From Massalongia carnosa (taxonomy: Eukaryota): a stretch of 64,000 bases of DNA. This document shows, one piece after another, positions 51,437-64,000 of this stretch. Every line of letters begins with the position of its first letter. Position 1 is the first letter of the stretch. Both the position numbers and the translations under genes were made by a program. The DNA lies in the NCBI GenBank assembly GCA_965645245.1, contig OZ287073.1:1612001-1676000 (forward strand), read 5' to 3'. The notes below the pieces were generated by a model. It saw only the letters and a program-made list of their open reading frames with translations. It had not been told where the DNA came from and ran no database searches.

Positions 51437-53067
51437 ATGCCTCCCAAGAAACAGGTTGAAGAGAAGAAGATACTGCTCGGCAGGCCTGGGAACTCGCTAA
51501 AAAGGTAGGAGAACTTCTGGGCCTTAAACCTACCGAAATAGGACTGTGCTGACCGGGTTCCTCATCAGCGGTATCGTATGTAGAAGGCCCCATCTCGGCT
51601 TCTAGATTTATAGGCTTGTGCTGACCGAACACAACTGTGAAATAGGTTGGACTGGCAAATGTTGGAAAATCAACATTATTCCAAGCCATCACCAAATGCT
51701 CGCTAGGAAATCCAGCTGTATGATAACTCTAGAGCGTTTTGGGAATTTTTATTCTTAACAGTTACTTAATAGAACTTCCCATTCGCTACAATCGAACCCG
51801 AAGAAGCCCGAGTCATTGTACCAGACGTAAGGTATGACTGGTTGTGCGAGCACTACAAGCCTAAATCGCGAGTTCCGGCCAATCTCACGGTCTATGATAT
51901 AGCTGGCCTGACTCGAGGAGCATCTACCGGAGCTGGGCTTGGTAATGCTTTCTTATCGCATATTCGCGCCGTCGATGCTATCTTCCAGGTTGTCCGTTGC
52001 TTCGACGATGCAGAGATTATCCACGTTGAAGGAGATGTTGATCCTGTCAGGGACCTCACAATCATCAGCGAGGAGCTTCGAATCAAAGATATCGAGTTCG
52101 TGGAGAAAGCCTTGGAAAACCTGAATAAGCAGACTCGGCGAGGCGGGCAAAGCCTGGAGATGAAAAAGCTGAAGGAGGAGGAAGCCACGGTGGAGAAGAT
52201 TCTTGCTTGGCTTAAAGATGGTAAGGACGTGAGAAAGGAAAATTGGACCTCAAAAGAAGTAGGTATACTAGGTTCCGTTTTCTTTTATCTTTGCTTTAAG
52301 ATGATGAACAAGAGCTACAAAGCTCGATATAATCCCAGCTCGTTGAATGGCTCAAACAAACAACGCAGAGACCGTCGTGAGATGAAATTTATGTCTGATC
52401 TATTAGTCATTTGTTTTATTTTTTACCTATACTAGTTATTGGTCAAGTCTGATGGAGGCTGCTAGGTCGAGGTGATAAACCCGTTGTTTCTTCTCACTGC
52501 CAAGCCAGTTGTATACCTTGTCAACCTTAGCGAGAAGGATTACATACGCCAAAAGAACAAGCATCTTCCCAAGATCGCTGAATGGGTCAAGGAGCACGCC
52601 GCTGGGGACCCTATCATTCCGCTTTCTGTTTCCTTCGAAGAACGACTTACAAGGTTTGGGACAGAGCCTGAGGCTGAAGAGGAGTGCAAAAAGCTCGGAA
52701 CGAAATCCGCCCTTCCGAAAATCATTGTAACAATGAGGCAGATGCTAAATTTAGGAAGCTTCTTCACCACAGGTGCGGATGAAGTCCGTCAGTGGACCAT
52801 AAGAAAGGGTACCAAGGCTCCGCAGGCCGCCGGCGTAATCCACGGAGGTACAGTTATAGATTTTATATGCTGTGCTAAAGCTGATGTTAGTGAGCAGATT
52901 TTGAAAAGACTTTCATCCAATGTATTGTATACAACTTCAACGTTTTGAAAGAGCTTGGAGATGAGGCAGCTATCAAGGCGGCTGGGAAGGTGTTGACGAA
53001 AGGAAAGGATTATGTAGTCGAAGATGGAGACATTATTCTAATCAAGGCTGGAGCGGCGAAGTCATGA
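51437..53067 (+). CDS. OLA1: Obg-like ATPase Ola1/YchF, multi-exon with a 7-nt microexon
   Basis: LLGRPGNSLKS|GI|VGLANVGKST, NFPFATIEP, DIAGL, GLGNAFLSHIR, and a TGS domain (APQAAGVIH, GKDYVVEDGDI). Confidence 0.97.
52297..52402 (+). ncRNA. snR69: Intronic box C/D snoRNA, snR69-like (LSU Cm2948)
   Basis: Lies in the 207-nt OLA1 intron 52259-52465. C ATGATGA 52301-52307; guide TAATCCCAGCTC 52330-52341 with D' TTGA is antisense (1 mismatch) to LSU GAGCUGGGUUUA; D CTGA 52395-52398 is ~50 nt before the branch point. Confidence 0.85.
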
Positions 53068-53474
53068 CTCTGTCATCGGTCTGTGGGTCGCATCGAAGCG
53101 TAGGCTGAGGAAGGTAGTCGGTTCGCGGGGGGCATCCGGTAGGATTAGGGCGAAACTCCGAACTAGTAATCTTTTATTCGTAGAGTCTTGGATGCAGTTG
53201 ATTCAAGGGTCATAAGAGATGCTATCCTTATCATCCACTGGCGTGTCTCTTCCTTGAGACGTGTTTGGGCTTCAAACTCACCCAGCGCGTATCAAAGCCT
53301 CCAAGAGATAGAAGCACTGTACTTGACTAAATGTATGTTTATCAGTGTCTTCTGGTTCCTTGCAAGTTTCTTGAATGAAAACATCGATACTAGCTATTGC
53401 AGCGTGGTATACCCGACCCAAACCCCAGATAGTTGAATCCGTAAATAGTTTTCTCTAGATGAAAAAGGAATTCC

Positions 53475-54131
53475 CTATCCTAGCCTCCTTGGTTTCTTGC
53501 CCCTTGTCCCTCCAAACTTCAATCTTGTAGCGTCCATCACCCTCAACACCCTCCCCCGAATCGCTTTCCCCTCCGATCCCAATAAGATCTTCTGGATGGC
53601 TTCCCTACCCGGCCCAAAATCTCTCAACACGACCTCCAACCCATGAATCTCACGTAGCAGCCCCTTCTGCTGGATCATCCCCATCACATACGCCCCAAGC
53701 TGAAATCCCGCGTCGTACGATCCCCGCGCTGCCTTGCGAAACCCAATGTTCCCCGCCGAGACTGATATCAGCGGTTGCCGGTTCCCATTCGAGAGGGTGA
53801 TGTGGGTGTTGTGCCTCGTAGCGTAGACGTGAAGATTGTGCGGTCGGGGCATGGGGCGGTAGCCGGCGACAGCGTCCAGAGGGTTAGAGCCGGGGACCTT
53901 GCCCTTGGGGAGCACGTGTATGGGCTCGAAGAGTTTAGAGGTACTGCGTAGGCCGCTAGTTTGGGATTTAATTTTCGAGTAAAGCGAAGGTTTGGCCGGT
54001 GGTGTTGCGTCGGCGAAGCTGGGGGGAGAGGTGGTGAGGAGGCGCTTGGTCGGGAGGGTGGATTGGATTTTACGTCGGCATTGAGAGCAGAGGGAGTGGA
54101 GAGGATATCTTTGAGATATGAGAAGGGTCAT
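53475..54131 (-). CDS. MRPS18: Mitochondrial ribosomal protein uS11m
   Basis: Basic presequence, HVYATRHNTHIT, SAGNIGFRK, FGPGRE and DATRLKFGGTR. Confidence 0.92.
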   Translation of the reverse strand: MTLLISQRYPLHSLCSQCRRKIQSTLPTKRLLTTSPPSFADATPPAKPSLYSKIKSQTSGLRSTSKLFEPIHVLPKGKVPGSNPLDAVAGYRPMPRPHNLHVYATRHNTHITLSNGNRQPLISVSAGNIGFRKAARGSYDAGFQLGAYVMGMIQQKGLLREIHGLEVVLRDFGPGREAIQKILLGSEGKAIRGRVLRVMDATRLKFGGTRGKKPRRLG

Positions 54132-54393
54132 TGGAGCTGGATTCTAGGGCTGGTTGATGTACTCTGTACTCCGTTGACAGGAGATTTTTGACGTCGGCAT
54201 GTCTGGTCAAGTCGCCGTAGCTCCGTACAAAATACCCTAAAATACGCTGTATTCTGTATGCATCGGGTTAGCGATTCACTAGCGTCGGATTGAAAGTTTC
54301 TTGTGCCGAACGCCCCATCAAGCAGTAATCTACTTCCAGAGGACTGGTTGAGAAGATCGTCAATCGGTTCGAAGAGTCTTGCTTTAAAGTAGC

Positions 54394-56158
54394 ATGAGGT
54401 TACCATCACGCCTCCTTCCAAGTACCCGAGCGAGAGGTGGACTTGCAGTACGATTTTTTGCCCCCTCCGCCATACCTCCCTATGGAACACCGGCTTCATA
54501 CCGACGAATATGCGGTGATCTACAGACACTCTCCTTCCCAGTTTCACAAAATCAGACACTCTCCTTACCATTTCGACCCCATGCTTTAGCTTTCTCCTCA
54601 TTAGCCGCATCTTACTCTCTTTCTCGAGCATTCGCTTCTAGTGCTTTTCGATTCCAGGACCAACGACAAGGCGAAAATGTTAGAGACCCACCAAGGTCTA
54701 AGGGCTCGACTACCGATGCTGCGGGGGGAGAAAGAGCGAAGCCGTCTTCTGAGGCAAAAACTGAAGGGTCATCGAGTGGTCCAACCGAGGATCCGTTAGG
54801 CCACAACCCTGAGGAATCATCAAGTAAGAAGTCCAAGGATTCCTCAGAAGAAGGCCAAGGGGAAAGTAATGAGAGGGGTGAGAGGAATGAGGAGAAAAAA
54901 GAGGAGCCGCCGCCTCCACCGCCCCATGGCGACAAAACGCCGTGGCAAGTTTTCACCGAAACCTTAAAATCAGAATTTCAAGCTTCCAAGGAGTGGAATG
55001 AATCTACAAAGGCCCTTGCGTCTTCAGCGCATCAGTTCACAGAGAATGAGTCTGTGAAGCGTGCGCGTGCGGCTTACTCTGCTGCCTCAGGCGCTGCTAC
55101 GTCAACCACTTCGTCTGCTTTTCGAGGCACTGGGAAGGCACTGGGACAAGGTGCTGCATGGACTTGGGATACATCTGTTGTGAAAGGCGTCCGCTCTGGA
55201 GTTAAAGCGACAGGTAGAGGAATTGAGAAAGCTACCAGGCCTGTGAGGGAAACTAAAGTCTACAAGACTACTGTTGGCGGAGTGAAGGACGTGATAGATG
55301 ATGGGAGTAGTTCAAGATATGGCGGCTGGGTCGAGAAAGAGGAGAGACGAAAGAAGCGGGAATTGAGAGAGCTCAACGAAGCAGGGAGCGGAGGAACAGG
55401 CAGGCCCGGGGAGAAGATCGAGGAAGATCCAAAGCAAGTTATTTTCTCCCTTAAGTTCCCTTAAAACTAATACCCCATCCAGCGCTGGAACCAACGTAAC
55501 CGTTCATAAAGATGCTAGATGGAAAGAATCCTGGCGCGATTTCAAAGACTCTAATCGTGTCATCCAATCTCTCTTCTCCCTCAAATCCTCCTACAACGAG
55601 TCAGAAAACCCCCTCATCTCCACTGCACGCAGCATCACCGACCGTGTCGCCGGCTTTTTCGCCGAAAACGAAACCGCTATGGTGATCAAAAAATTCCGTG
55701 AAATGGACCCCACCTTCCAGGTGGAGCCCTTCCTCCGCGAGATGCGCGAGTACATCTTGCCTGAGGTGCTGGACGCGTACGTCAAGGGTGACACTGATAC
55801 GCTGAAGTTATGGCTGTCGGCCGCGCAGTTTCAGGTCTACGCCGCGCTCGCGCAGCAGTACACGGCCGCTGGCCTGCGTTCCGACGGCCGTATACTCGAC
55901 ATTCGCCACGTCGACATTCTCTCTGCGCGCATGCTTGAACCGGGCGAAATCCCGGTGTTCATCGTTACGTGCCGCACACAGGAGGTACATGTATATCGCG
56001 ATGCCAAGACGAACCAGCTGGCGGCGGGCATGGAGGACAAGGTGCAGCTGGTTACATATGCGATCGGGGTCACGCGCGTGGCTGAGGATGTCAATAACCC
56101 GGACACGCGTGGCTGGCGGCTCATCGAGCTACAGAAGAGCGCGAGGGATTACATTTAA
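54394..56158 (+). CDS. TIM44: Mitochondrial import motor subunit Tim44; GC-AG intron 55434-55482
   Basis: Presequence, TPWQVF, SSRYGGW, EDPN|AGTN, YNESENPLIS, FAENETA and YILPEVLDAY. Confidence 0.95.
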
Positions 56159-58036
56159 AAAGGGACCTTGTTCGTCCATGCTAAGTCGTCATTTTCGCTC
56201 ATTCCAGTAGGCGTTTGCAGCATTTTAGGGATCGGCTCTGGGGAGTTTTTACGCTGGCTTTCCCCTCTCTCCACACCATGTATGGACTCCGCCTCCCACT
56301 CAATGGACGCGAAGGGGTATGCTCGCAGCGGGAACTGAGCAAGGGAGGCATAAACCATTGGCACTGCGATTAGCGTATGTATCTAGCACCAAGAAGAGGT
56401 GTTCTTTCTTGTACATTACCAAGTTGCTTTTCTTGGCTTCGCGAAGAAAGTAGCAGGTTATGGGCGAATAACCCATGTAGCATATCTTATGTAGGCTCCC
56501 GAAGGAATGTTCACTTATGTACAGTATAACTTTGTTGATAGACTACCTCCTTGTGTTCTTCGCTGTTGTCTTCCTCCTTAATCTTCTTCGAACCCCAACT
56601 GGCGATTCTGAAGTCTTTGGGTGTTTAGAACCAAAGGCAAAAGAGGGATCACATACAGACGGCCATAGTCAGCTGCGATTTTTATTAATCTACTAGATCT
56701 TGAAATAACTTGTCACTAGGTGTGCTTGGCGACGCTGATTCTATATATATCGCAGTCTTTATCCTCTTGGCATAGATAGAGATATACTTTGATTCGGGGC
56801 TCGAGGCGAAAATGCAAGTCCTGTAGGCTGGTGGGGGGGCCTTGGTAATGGCTTGGAGCCTCCCATTGGGGTTTTATGGTAGGTAGTTGGATATTTCATA
56901 AGGAAGTTGTTGATTTCCTTCATTGCGGTTTGGCTTCTGGAGATGAATCTTTTGACATGGGTTCATTTCGTTAAAGGAGCCGTCCGTATTTGTTGAAAGA
57001 GTTAGTCATGTTTGCGATTTAGGAGTTCATGGGTTCGGAAACTAAGTGTTTTCATCTGATTTGGAACATACATAGCTGTGTTTTCGCGTTCGTTTGCATA
57101 CTTCGAAGCACCAGTCTTACAATATTTTTCGAATGGAATAAGCTCGAGGATTGTGCTCCTCTGCATCCCGTTTAAAAGGGTCAATGAGGGTTAATATCTT
57201 GGGGGGCGTCAGTTCTATGGATTGGCTTCGGTAAGCTGCGTGATGGCCGTGTTCTCTCGCTGATGACGGATTAGATCGCCCTCGTTGGCTACTTTCCGAG
57301 CATTAGCTTTGATGTAAGTTGCGATTTTAGAAGTGTTGTTTATAGAGCAGACAACGAGAGTGTGCTTCGACTTGTTGACAACAAGGTCTTTTTATTATTT
57401 TTTGAGTGCTCTTCAAAGAGCCGAGGTCAATCATACGCTCCATATCCATATTTTCACGGAGGTTTTGATTATATGTTGCTCGACTTAGGTATCTCTGTGG
57501 TCCTGCGTGTCATGAGTTCTTTATAGATTGCCTGCAACTCGTTCGTCACATGACTGAGAACAGTCGGGTGGGTTTTTCTTCCTGAATTGAGGCTTCATTG
57601 GCTTTGCCCAATGCGATAACTATCTCAAGGCTGTATTTGAATGATTTGGAGCTCTCAACGTTCCTCTCTTCATCACATAAAGACAGCAGGTAACCGGAAA
57701 ATCCTTTGGTAAAGACCCGAAAGGCATCTCGGATAGGACGACGCTTAAAAGAAGCACAATAATATATAGAAAGTATGGAAGGTGAGGAGAGAGCAAGAAG
57801 ATGGGTTTGGACTTGAGATGAGATGGACTACAACAAAGGGGGGAAGAAATTGAGGAGGATGGAAATGGTTAGTATGGATTTTATAGGTAATGGAATAAAT
57901 TCTTTTACTCAATCCCTATTGAAATGAAAGGACTACTACCAATAAGGAATGTGAAAGTCTGAGGTATGGTTTTAGAAAGTGTTCTAAGTGCAGGGTAACG
58001 AGACTCGAACCGGTGCATGGATTTCACAGTGGCATC

Positions 58037-59026
58037 TTACTTTTGCCGTATCGGCTTCGTTTTCCGCTTCTTGAACGTGATCTCAGGCTCCCCTGGGTCA
58101 CTCTCTATCTTGACAGCAGCATGGTCGAGATGATCATTTATGGAAACCGTTTGAAGGGGGACGATAGCTCCATCCGGCTCTTCCTTCTTGATCGATGATC
58201 CCTCAAGCGCAAATTGGGCATTTTCCTCCATTGCATGCTCTTCCAGAGGGTCTGTTTGGTTTTGAAATGTTCCTTTGTTGATCGTTGCGCCGTGGTCAGT
58301 ACTGGCTTGGCGTAGAAGTAGTTTAGACTTGGTAAAGAGCGAATCAAGGTCCTCTCCGTCTTCATAAAGGCCAGGATACGTTCTTGTAGTCGAGCCCCAT
58401 CCTCTTCGAACCACCATCTCCCCTGCCTCCTCTTCTTCCTCCTGCCCTTCATACTTTCGCTTCCGTATCCCTACATTTAATGCATCTGGCTTGCGATCTT
58501 CGACCTCTTCCTTCCTCGTCTTAATCTCAGATATCGGCGTTTCTGAAAGCATTTGCCAGTCGCCTGCCATGGCCATTTCTTTGCGAAAGTCTTCGGGAAT
58601 CGCAACGCCCATCTCCGCCAATTGCGCCAGCTGCTGCTTCCTCTCCACAGGTGTTGCTTGTCTCAGAGTATTGGCAGATAGGCCAGTTACAGGCCTTCGC
58701 CTCCACGGTGCGCCAGCGTCAAGCACTGCATCTGAAGCATTGACTCCGGAAACCACTCCGTTCAATCTCTGTACCTCATTCTTCGCTCGTTGCTTGTCGC
58801 GCTCTTCCCGCTCTTGCCCTCGATGAAGATCGCGCAGGAAGCGTTTGATGTTGCCTTGATGCCTCGGAGTCGCATCATGATTAATTTTCTCGAGCTTCGT
58901 ATCTTTTACAAACGCCTTGCAGTGTTTGCACCAGTATTTTGGCTATAGTTCATTATATTAGTGGAATGATGTCTGGGCGGACGGAGGGTAGGGGTTGCGA
59001 ACCGTGGATTTCCAGTATTCCGACAT
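58037..59026 (-). CDS. U1-type (matrin) zinc-finger protein, WBP4/FBP21-like; intron 58943-59002
   Basis: MSEYWKST|PKYWCKHC...HDATPRHQGNIKRFL and a C-terminal FKKRK. Confidence 0.88.
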
Positions 59027-59296
59027 GACTGTGCCTAAGAGGATGAAGAATACATGCTTAAGTTACACAGAGAATCTCTATTAAATTCGAGAAACCTTGC
59101 TTCGCTGAGGTAGCTGAGATGCATAAACTAAACGAACTGGAAAGAGATATCGGCGATTTCCACTAGGTGGTTACGCTAACCGAGTTAGGAATATACATTT
59201 CAAGGCCGTCAGCTTGACCGATTTACACTCAACAGCCAATTAACCCCTCATAGCTTAAGAACATTTCGGAGGCCATATCTGCAATAGTGATAAAAA

Positions 59297-60628
59297 ATGG
59301 CTGTGATCAAGCTGCCTGCTAGTACTATCGGCCAAGTAGCTTCATTAGCCCTTCGCTCTCCTTCTTCGAGACCGTCTAGAAGCGTTGGCTCGAGCATCTT
59401 CGTTACGGGTCTACAATACGAGAGCTTCCGCCACAGAAATTTGTCTACCAGTCCTTTCCAGTCCGCAGGCTCCTCCATATTGGGCAATCAATCATCCTCA
59501 GGCCTTTCGCCCACGTACTTCCAGCGACCTTCACTACCAGCCAATACAGTTATCCGTTTCGTGCCTCAACAAACAGCATGGATTGTGGAGCGTATGGGCA
59601 AGTTCCATAGGATATTAGAACCTGGTTTAGCAATACTCATACCTTTCCTGGATCGAATTGCATACGTCAAAAGCTTAAAGGAAGCGGCAATTGAAATTCC
59701 GAGTCAGAGCGCCATCACAGCCGACAACGTCACTTTGGAACTTGATGGGGTACTCTATACCCGAATATTCGATGCATATAAAGCTAGGTATGCTTTTCGA
59801 CTTTAGTTTCTTTCCTAAAAGACTATTAATAAAGTCGGTGGTTTTACTAGCTATGGCGTTGAAGACGCCGAGTATGCCATTTCACAGCTGGCCCAAACTA
59901 CCATGCGGTCCGAGATTGGACGTCTCACACTGGATCATGTTCTGCGAGAAAGATCAACACTCAATACGAACATTACTGAGGCCATCAACGAAGCCGCAAG
60001 GGACTGGGGCGTAATTTGCCTTCGCTATGAGATTCGAGATATCCACGCCCCGGACCCTGTGGTAAAGGCCATGCATCGTCAAGTGGAAGCTGAAAGAAGC
60101 AAGAGAGCTGAAATTCTTGAAAGCGAAGGACAGAGACAGAGCGCAATCAACATCGCTGAGGGCCGCAAGCAGAGTGTTATACTTGCCAGCGAGGCATTAA
60201 AGTCTGAACAGATCAACATGGCAACAGGAGAAGCAGAGGCCATCCTCGTACGAGCAAATGCTACTGCTAAAGGCATTGAGGCCGTGGCCCATAGCATCCG
60301 AGAAGGGAAGGAAAGCGCGCAGGGTGCGATGAGTTTTGGGGTTGCTGAGAAGTATGTCGAGGCATTCGGTAATTTGGCAAAAGAGGGCACTGCGGTGGTG
60401 ATACCCGGCAATGTCGGGGACATGGGAGGAATGATTGCTAGCGCTATGGCGGTATATGGGAAAATCAGCGAAGGGCAGGGCAAGTCCAAGGCAACCATGA
60501 TTCCAGCAAGTTCGAATGAGCAAGGCTCAGACTACTTTGGGAGAGATTCCGATAGTTCCAAGGGAAAGACCGATGAAGTCGCAAAGAGCGTCCTCCAAGG
60601 CTTTGACGAGACAAGAAGAAAGCGATAG
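59297..60628 (+). CDS. Stomatin-like protein 2 (SPFH), mitochondrial; intron 59788-59850
   Basis: FVPQQTAWIVERMGKF, SAITADNV, QLAQTTMRSEIG, CLRYEIRDI and AERSKRA. Confidence 0.95.
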
Positions 60629-62608
60629 GCTGAACATGGGCACTTGTACAACGAATATTCTACTCAGCGCTACACCAAACCATTGCGGGTGTTTGTATGT
60701 TTTAGGGCATCGTCGCTCCACCATCCCTCCAAGTTAAAGCATTGCGGAGATTGACCACTTTTCTGTCCAACTCAATCGAGCTCAAATGACAGTTGAAGCT
60801 AGGTGCGAGAGGTATTTGTAGCAAGCAACGTACAGATTTCAGGCCTCTTTATATCAGCATTCTTGTGTCTTGGGGTCCAAACGCGCGGAAGGACATATCC
60901 AACCGTCTTCGATATTATTGCTGTACTCTATACTCTATACGCTATACTATGTAATACTCTCGAAGCATGCTATCCGTTACTCCAAGCCCCGTTCTAACAA
61001 GGTATTAGTGCTAGTTGTTCTTACATCAGTTTCAAGAAGTCCCAATCACTCGTTCATGCGCTGCTTTGGATTTGTTGTTGTTTTCTCGCTAGTCAGACTC
61101 AACATCTATAGTATATTTTATGAATACTCTGTACGCTTGGCAGTGCTTTGCGTCCTTTCGAGCGCCCACAGCCTCATGTCACGCAGCTATCGAATTAATA
61201 AGCTCAGAAATTGAGTTTTTGCCGCGAGGTTACCTTCAGAACTACTCTCACGTCTGGATATGCGCTTTAGTTAGTTCCCGGATCTCCTTATTTCGATCAC
61301 CTTTAGACAAACTAGGTCCAGCCGATGGTCTATAAATCTAGGTTTAGGTCGTCCGATGAGCAGAGAAGAATTCATTATGATCGTGCTTTTTAGCATGCAA
61401 TTATGGCCTACCGATAGCCAAAGGCTTTTCCGGTGCACCGGAGCCCGCCATCAAGACAATGCTTGTTTATTTCGTGATTTCATCAACTTTGGCGGAGGAA
61501 TGTTATCCGTACCTGAACACGGCCTTTGATACTAGACAATGTTCCACACAGAACTACCTTCAAGAACCACAAGCGAAGCATTGGATCGATAAGCGCAGAC
61601 TTGTCCACTCGATCAACCAGATTATATCGCCTGCAGAGTACATCGATTGACTTTAGGACAATCGATTGGAGTATAGTTGCGCATGGTTGTAAATTCGAAA
61701 GGATTGACAATTTCTGACGTTAGTCTTTGGCTGGCCCTGCATGTCTTTTGGGCTTCGTGGTTACCTTAGTATGCTAAATCTTCCCCATTCGCATCTCCGA
61801 ATCCAACAAGAAAGGTGCTACTAATCGAATGTGTCGTGCTCTACATGTAGCGTCAGGATTCATCCGTCTGCAGCCAGCTTCTTTTTGAGTCTTTTAAATA
61901 GGTTGATAGAGTACTCAATACGGGCCATTCCACTCTCGAGTCATCTCCGACATGTTACTGCCCAGTTGAAAGGATCTCGTCGCATTCTAGTATCCATACT
62001 CTGTAATGCCTTGCACAAAGTTGCATGAAGGAATGTCTATGGAGCTGGACATGAACTTCGTCATGACCACTTACAAACTCGCATACAAAGGAACAGATCA
62101 GGTTTTAGAGCTTAGTTTATCGGAACTGGGTCCACTTTATCTTAAACCTCCCGAGCCTGCCTGGCAGCTACTGACCTGCAAAAGAAGACGATCCATGGAA
62201 TTCTTTAAGCTCCTCTGCTACACTGGCGGGGGGCTAGAGCCCTATACATATTCTTGTTGCCCTGTTGGGTGCCTTGTTCGATGGAGGAGCCCGTCACTCC
62301 GGTATGTACTCTGTTTAATGGCATAATAGCAGGGGGTCAAGCCAAGGACGCTCGCGGTCTATCTCAATCCGATTAACCTTGAAGATATTTACTCTAAGTG
62401 CTTGAGGTTTTGAAACGTTTGAAGACCCGTTTCCACGCAAGAAGAGCGTTGACACGTGAAGTGATGCAAGACTTGAGTATCGTCTGTTCTGCTTGATATC
62501 ATTTATATTCGCAGATTCGGTATATAGTTAAGGCGGTGGAAGGACGTATGTATCATACCTAAGTCCATCAACATTACAATAATCATACAAGCACATCTCC
62601 CATCCAAG

Positions 62609-63480
62609 ATGCTCCTCTTCAAATCCATTCTGTCTTTGTTCCTAGTTCAATATGCATTGGCTGCCTTAGCCCCTGGAGCACTATTATGACCCCCTGTTCT
62701 AGCCAAACTTCCCATCGAACTCGCTTATTCCCCTGACGCGGCGATATCTAAAGCCATAAGCAGGTGAGTAACCCATACCACAGCCTCCAACCGAAAAGCC
62801 AAGGCGACTTCTGACGTGGTAGACCAACAGATTCAAAGGATTGGTTCAGGTAGCCCATCCACAATCTGGAGCCGTAGCTAGGTGCGCCAGCCCAGCTTCC
62901 ATAAAAGCTTCAACTGTCAGCTGATACCTAAAGCTGGTAGAATTAAACGCAACCTGTGGGCCCCACAACCTTAAATCCTCCCAAACGCGCTCCGCTCGAC
63001 CGTTGAATTCTAGGTCAATATCCCAGGAACTCATGTATGTCCGCGCTCGCATTTGCCCCAAACCCCCAAACCCCCAACCCCCGTTCCCTTTCGAAAATTA
63101 AACCTTTCTTCAAAAGTTTGCACCCCCTCCATCCATCAGACCATCGTTTAAAGCCGCGTCGGCCGCGCCATGGCCGCACACGTCCTTACGACCGGCCTCT
63201 TGTCCGTGTTCAACGTGTGCGAAGGCGTGATCCGCGAGCTGGGCGACGGCTGACTGCCCTCCGTCTCCAACCCAATCGCGCTCGACCTGGTTCCCGGCAT
63301 CGTCGTGCGCCTGCACTCGGGCCTGCTGCATCACCAGCACCTCATCTTCGGCAACATCGCCAACACCATGCGCAGCCTGTTCGACACCTTGGTCACCGGC
63401 GGGCGTCCCGTGCGAGGCTAGCTTCGAGATGTGGGAGGCGCCTTGGGGGCATGTGGGCTGTGGGGCTGTGGTTGCTGTGC
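62609..63480 (+). pseudogene. Decayed three-exon secreted protein gene
   Basis: Signal peptide MLLFKSILSLFLVQYALA is followed by TGA at 62687. Splice sites GTGAGT/CAG and GTATGT/CAG remain. A GC3-rich last exon (LIFGNIANTMRSLFDTLV...ASFEMW) has a stop and a frameshift. Confidence 0.6.
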
Positions 63481-64000
63481 CGGTTTAATGTGGGGGGGGG
63501 GCTTCGACGGATGGATGGAGGCAGGAGGGAATGGGGACTATCAGCACAAGTTAGAAAGGTTGGTATTCACATGTACGAAAGTTGTTTGAACTTAGAGTTA
63601 AAGACCCCACTGCCAAGTGCGTTATCACTCAATCAATCGTGTCTACTCCTTCCGTTATACTATCTAGGTAGTGTCTATCCTATCGCGCTAGAGTATTTAC
63701 GTACTTAGCCCGACCTTTTCGCTTTTTCTCCTGTTCTTCCATGTAGGCACCTACCTACCTTATTTCCTGCCTATTTGTCTGTCTGTCTATCTATGGAACC
63801 CAGCAAGCCAGCCAGCCAGCAGGCAGGCTACGCTTAAGTCGCTTACGTCCTTTCACTCCACTCACGAGTCAGCCAGCCAGCCAGCCAGTAAGTCAGGATT
63901 CAGAGAAGGTAAAGCGGGTAGGTAGGTAGGTAGATATGTTTCGACTGGATTGAGTTGAGGTGATGTGATGTGATGTGCGTCGAAGATTCCATCCCTCAAC

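Noticed and set aside
56600..57500. Coding-like relic on the minus strand
   Set aside because: Too fragmented to assign a family without a search.
57991..58016. tRNA T-loop/B-box-like GGTTCGAGTC on the minus strand
   Set aside because: No cloverleaf or A box surrounds it.
62687..63253. Selenocysteine or readthrough at in-frame TGAs
   Set aside because: Frameshifts accompany the stops, and Sec machinery is not known in ascomycetes.

Overview
Filamentous ascomycete (Pezizomycotina) nuclear DNA, judged by short GT-AG introns with CTRAY branch points and fungal gene families. Recognisable housekeeping genes are TRL1, VPS37, PRP31, ACL4, GIR2, SGT2, a LAT/Mup1-type permease, a PPPDE/DeSI peptidase, OLA1, uS11m, TIM44, a WBP4-like U1-type zinc-finger gene and a stomatin-like gene, plus an intron-containing tRNA-Leu(UAA). 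Mobile DNA comprises an intact pogo/Fot1 element nested in a decayed one and a frameshifted piggyBac-family element without TTAA flanks. The main signal missed by the ORF track is a non-coding host transcript at ~6.85-7.79 kb. It carries four intronic box C/D snoRNAs: one extra member followed by snR41-, snR70- and snR51-like members. At least one junction appears to be a zero-length exon (AG|GT), and some guides appear switched relative to yeast. A fifth, snR69-like snoRNA lies in an OLA1 intron and carries a 14-nt sense copy of the rRNA segment at the 3' edge of its own target. An ankyrin protein has about 10 unrecognised 33-aa N-terminal repeats. rRNA target sequences and numbering are recalled conserved eukaryotic sequences and must be checked against this species' rDNA.
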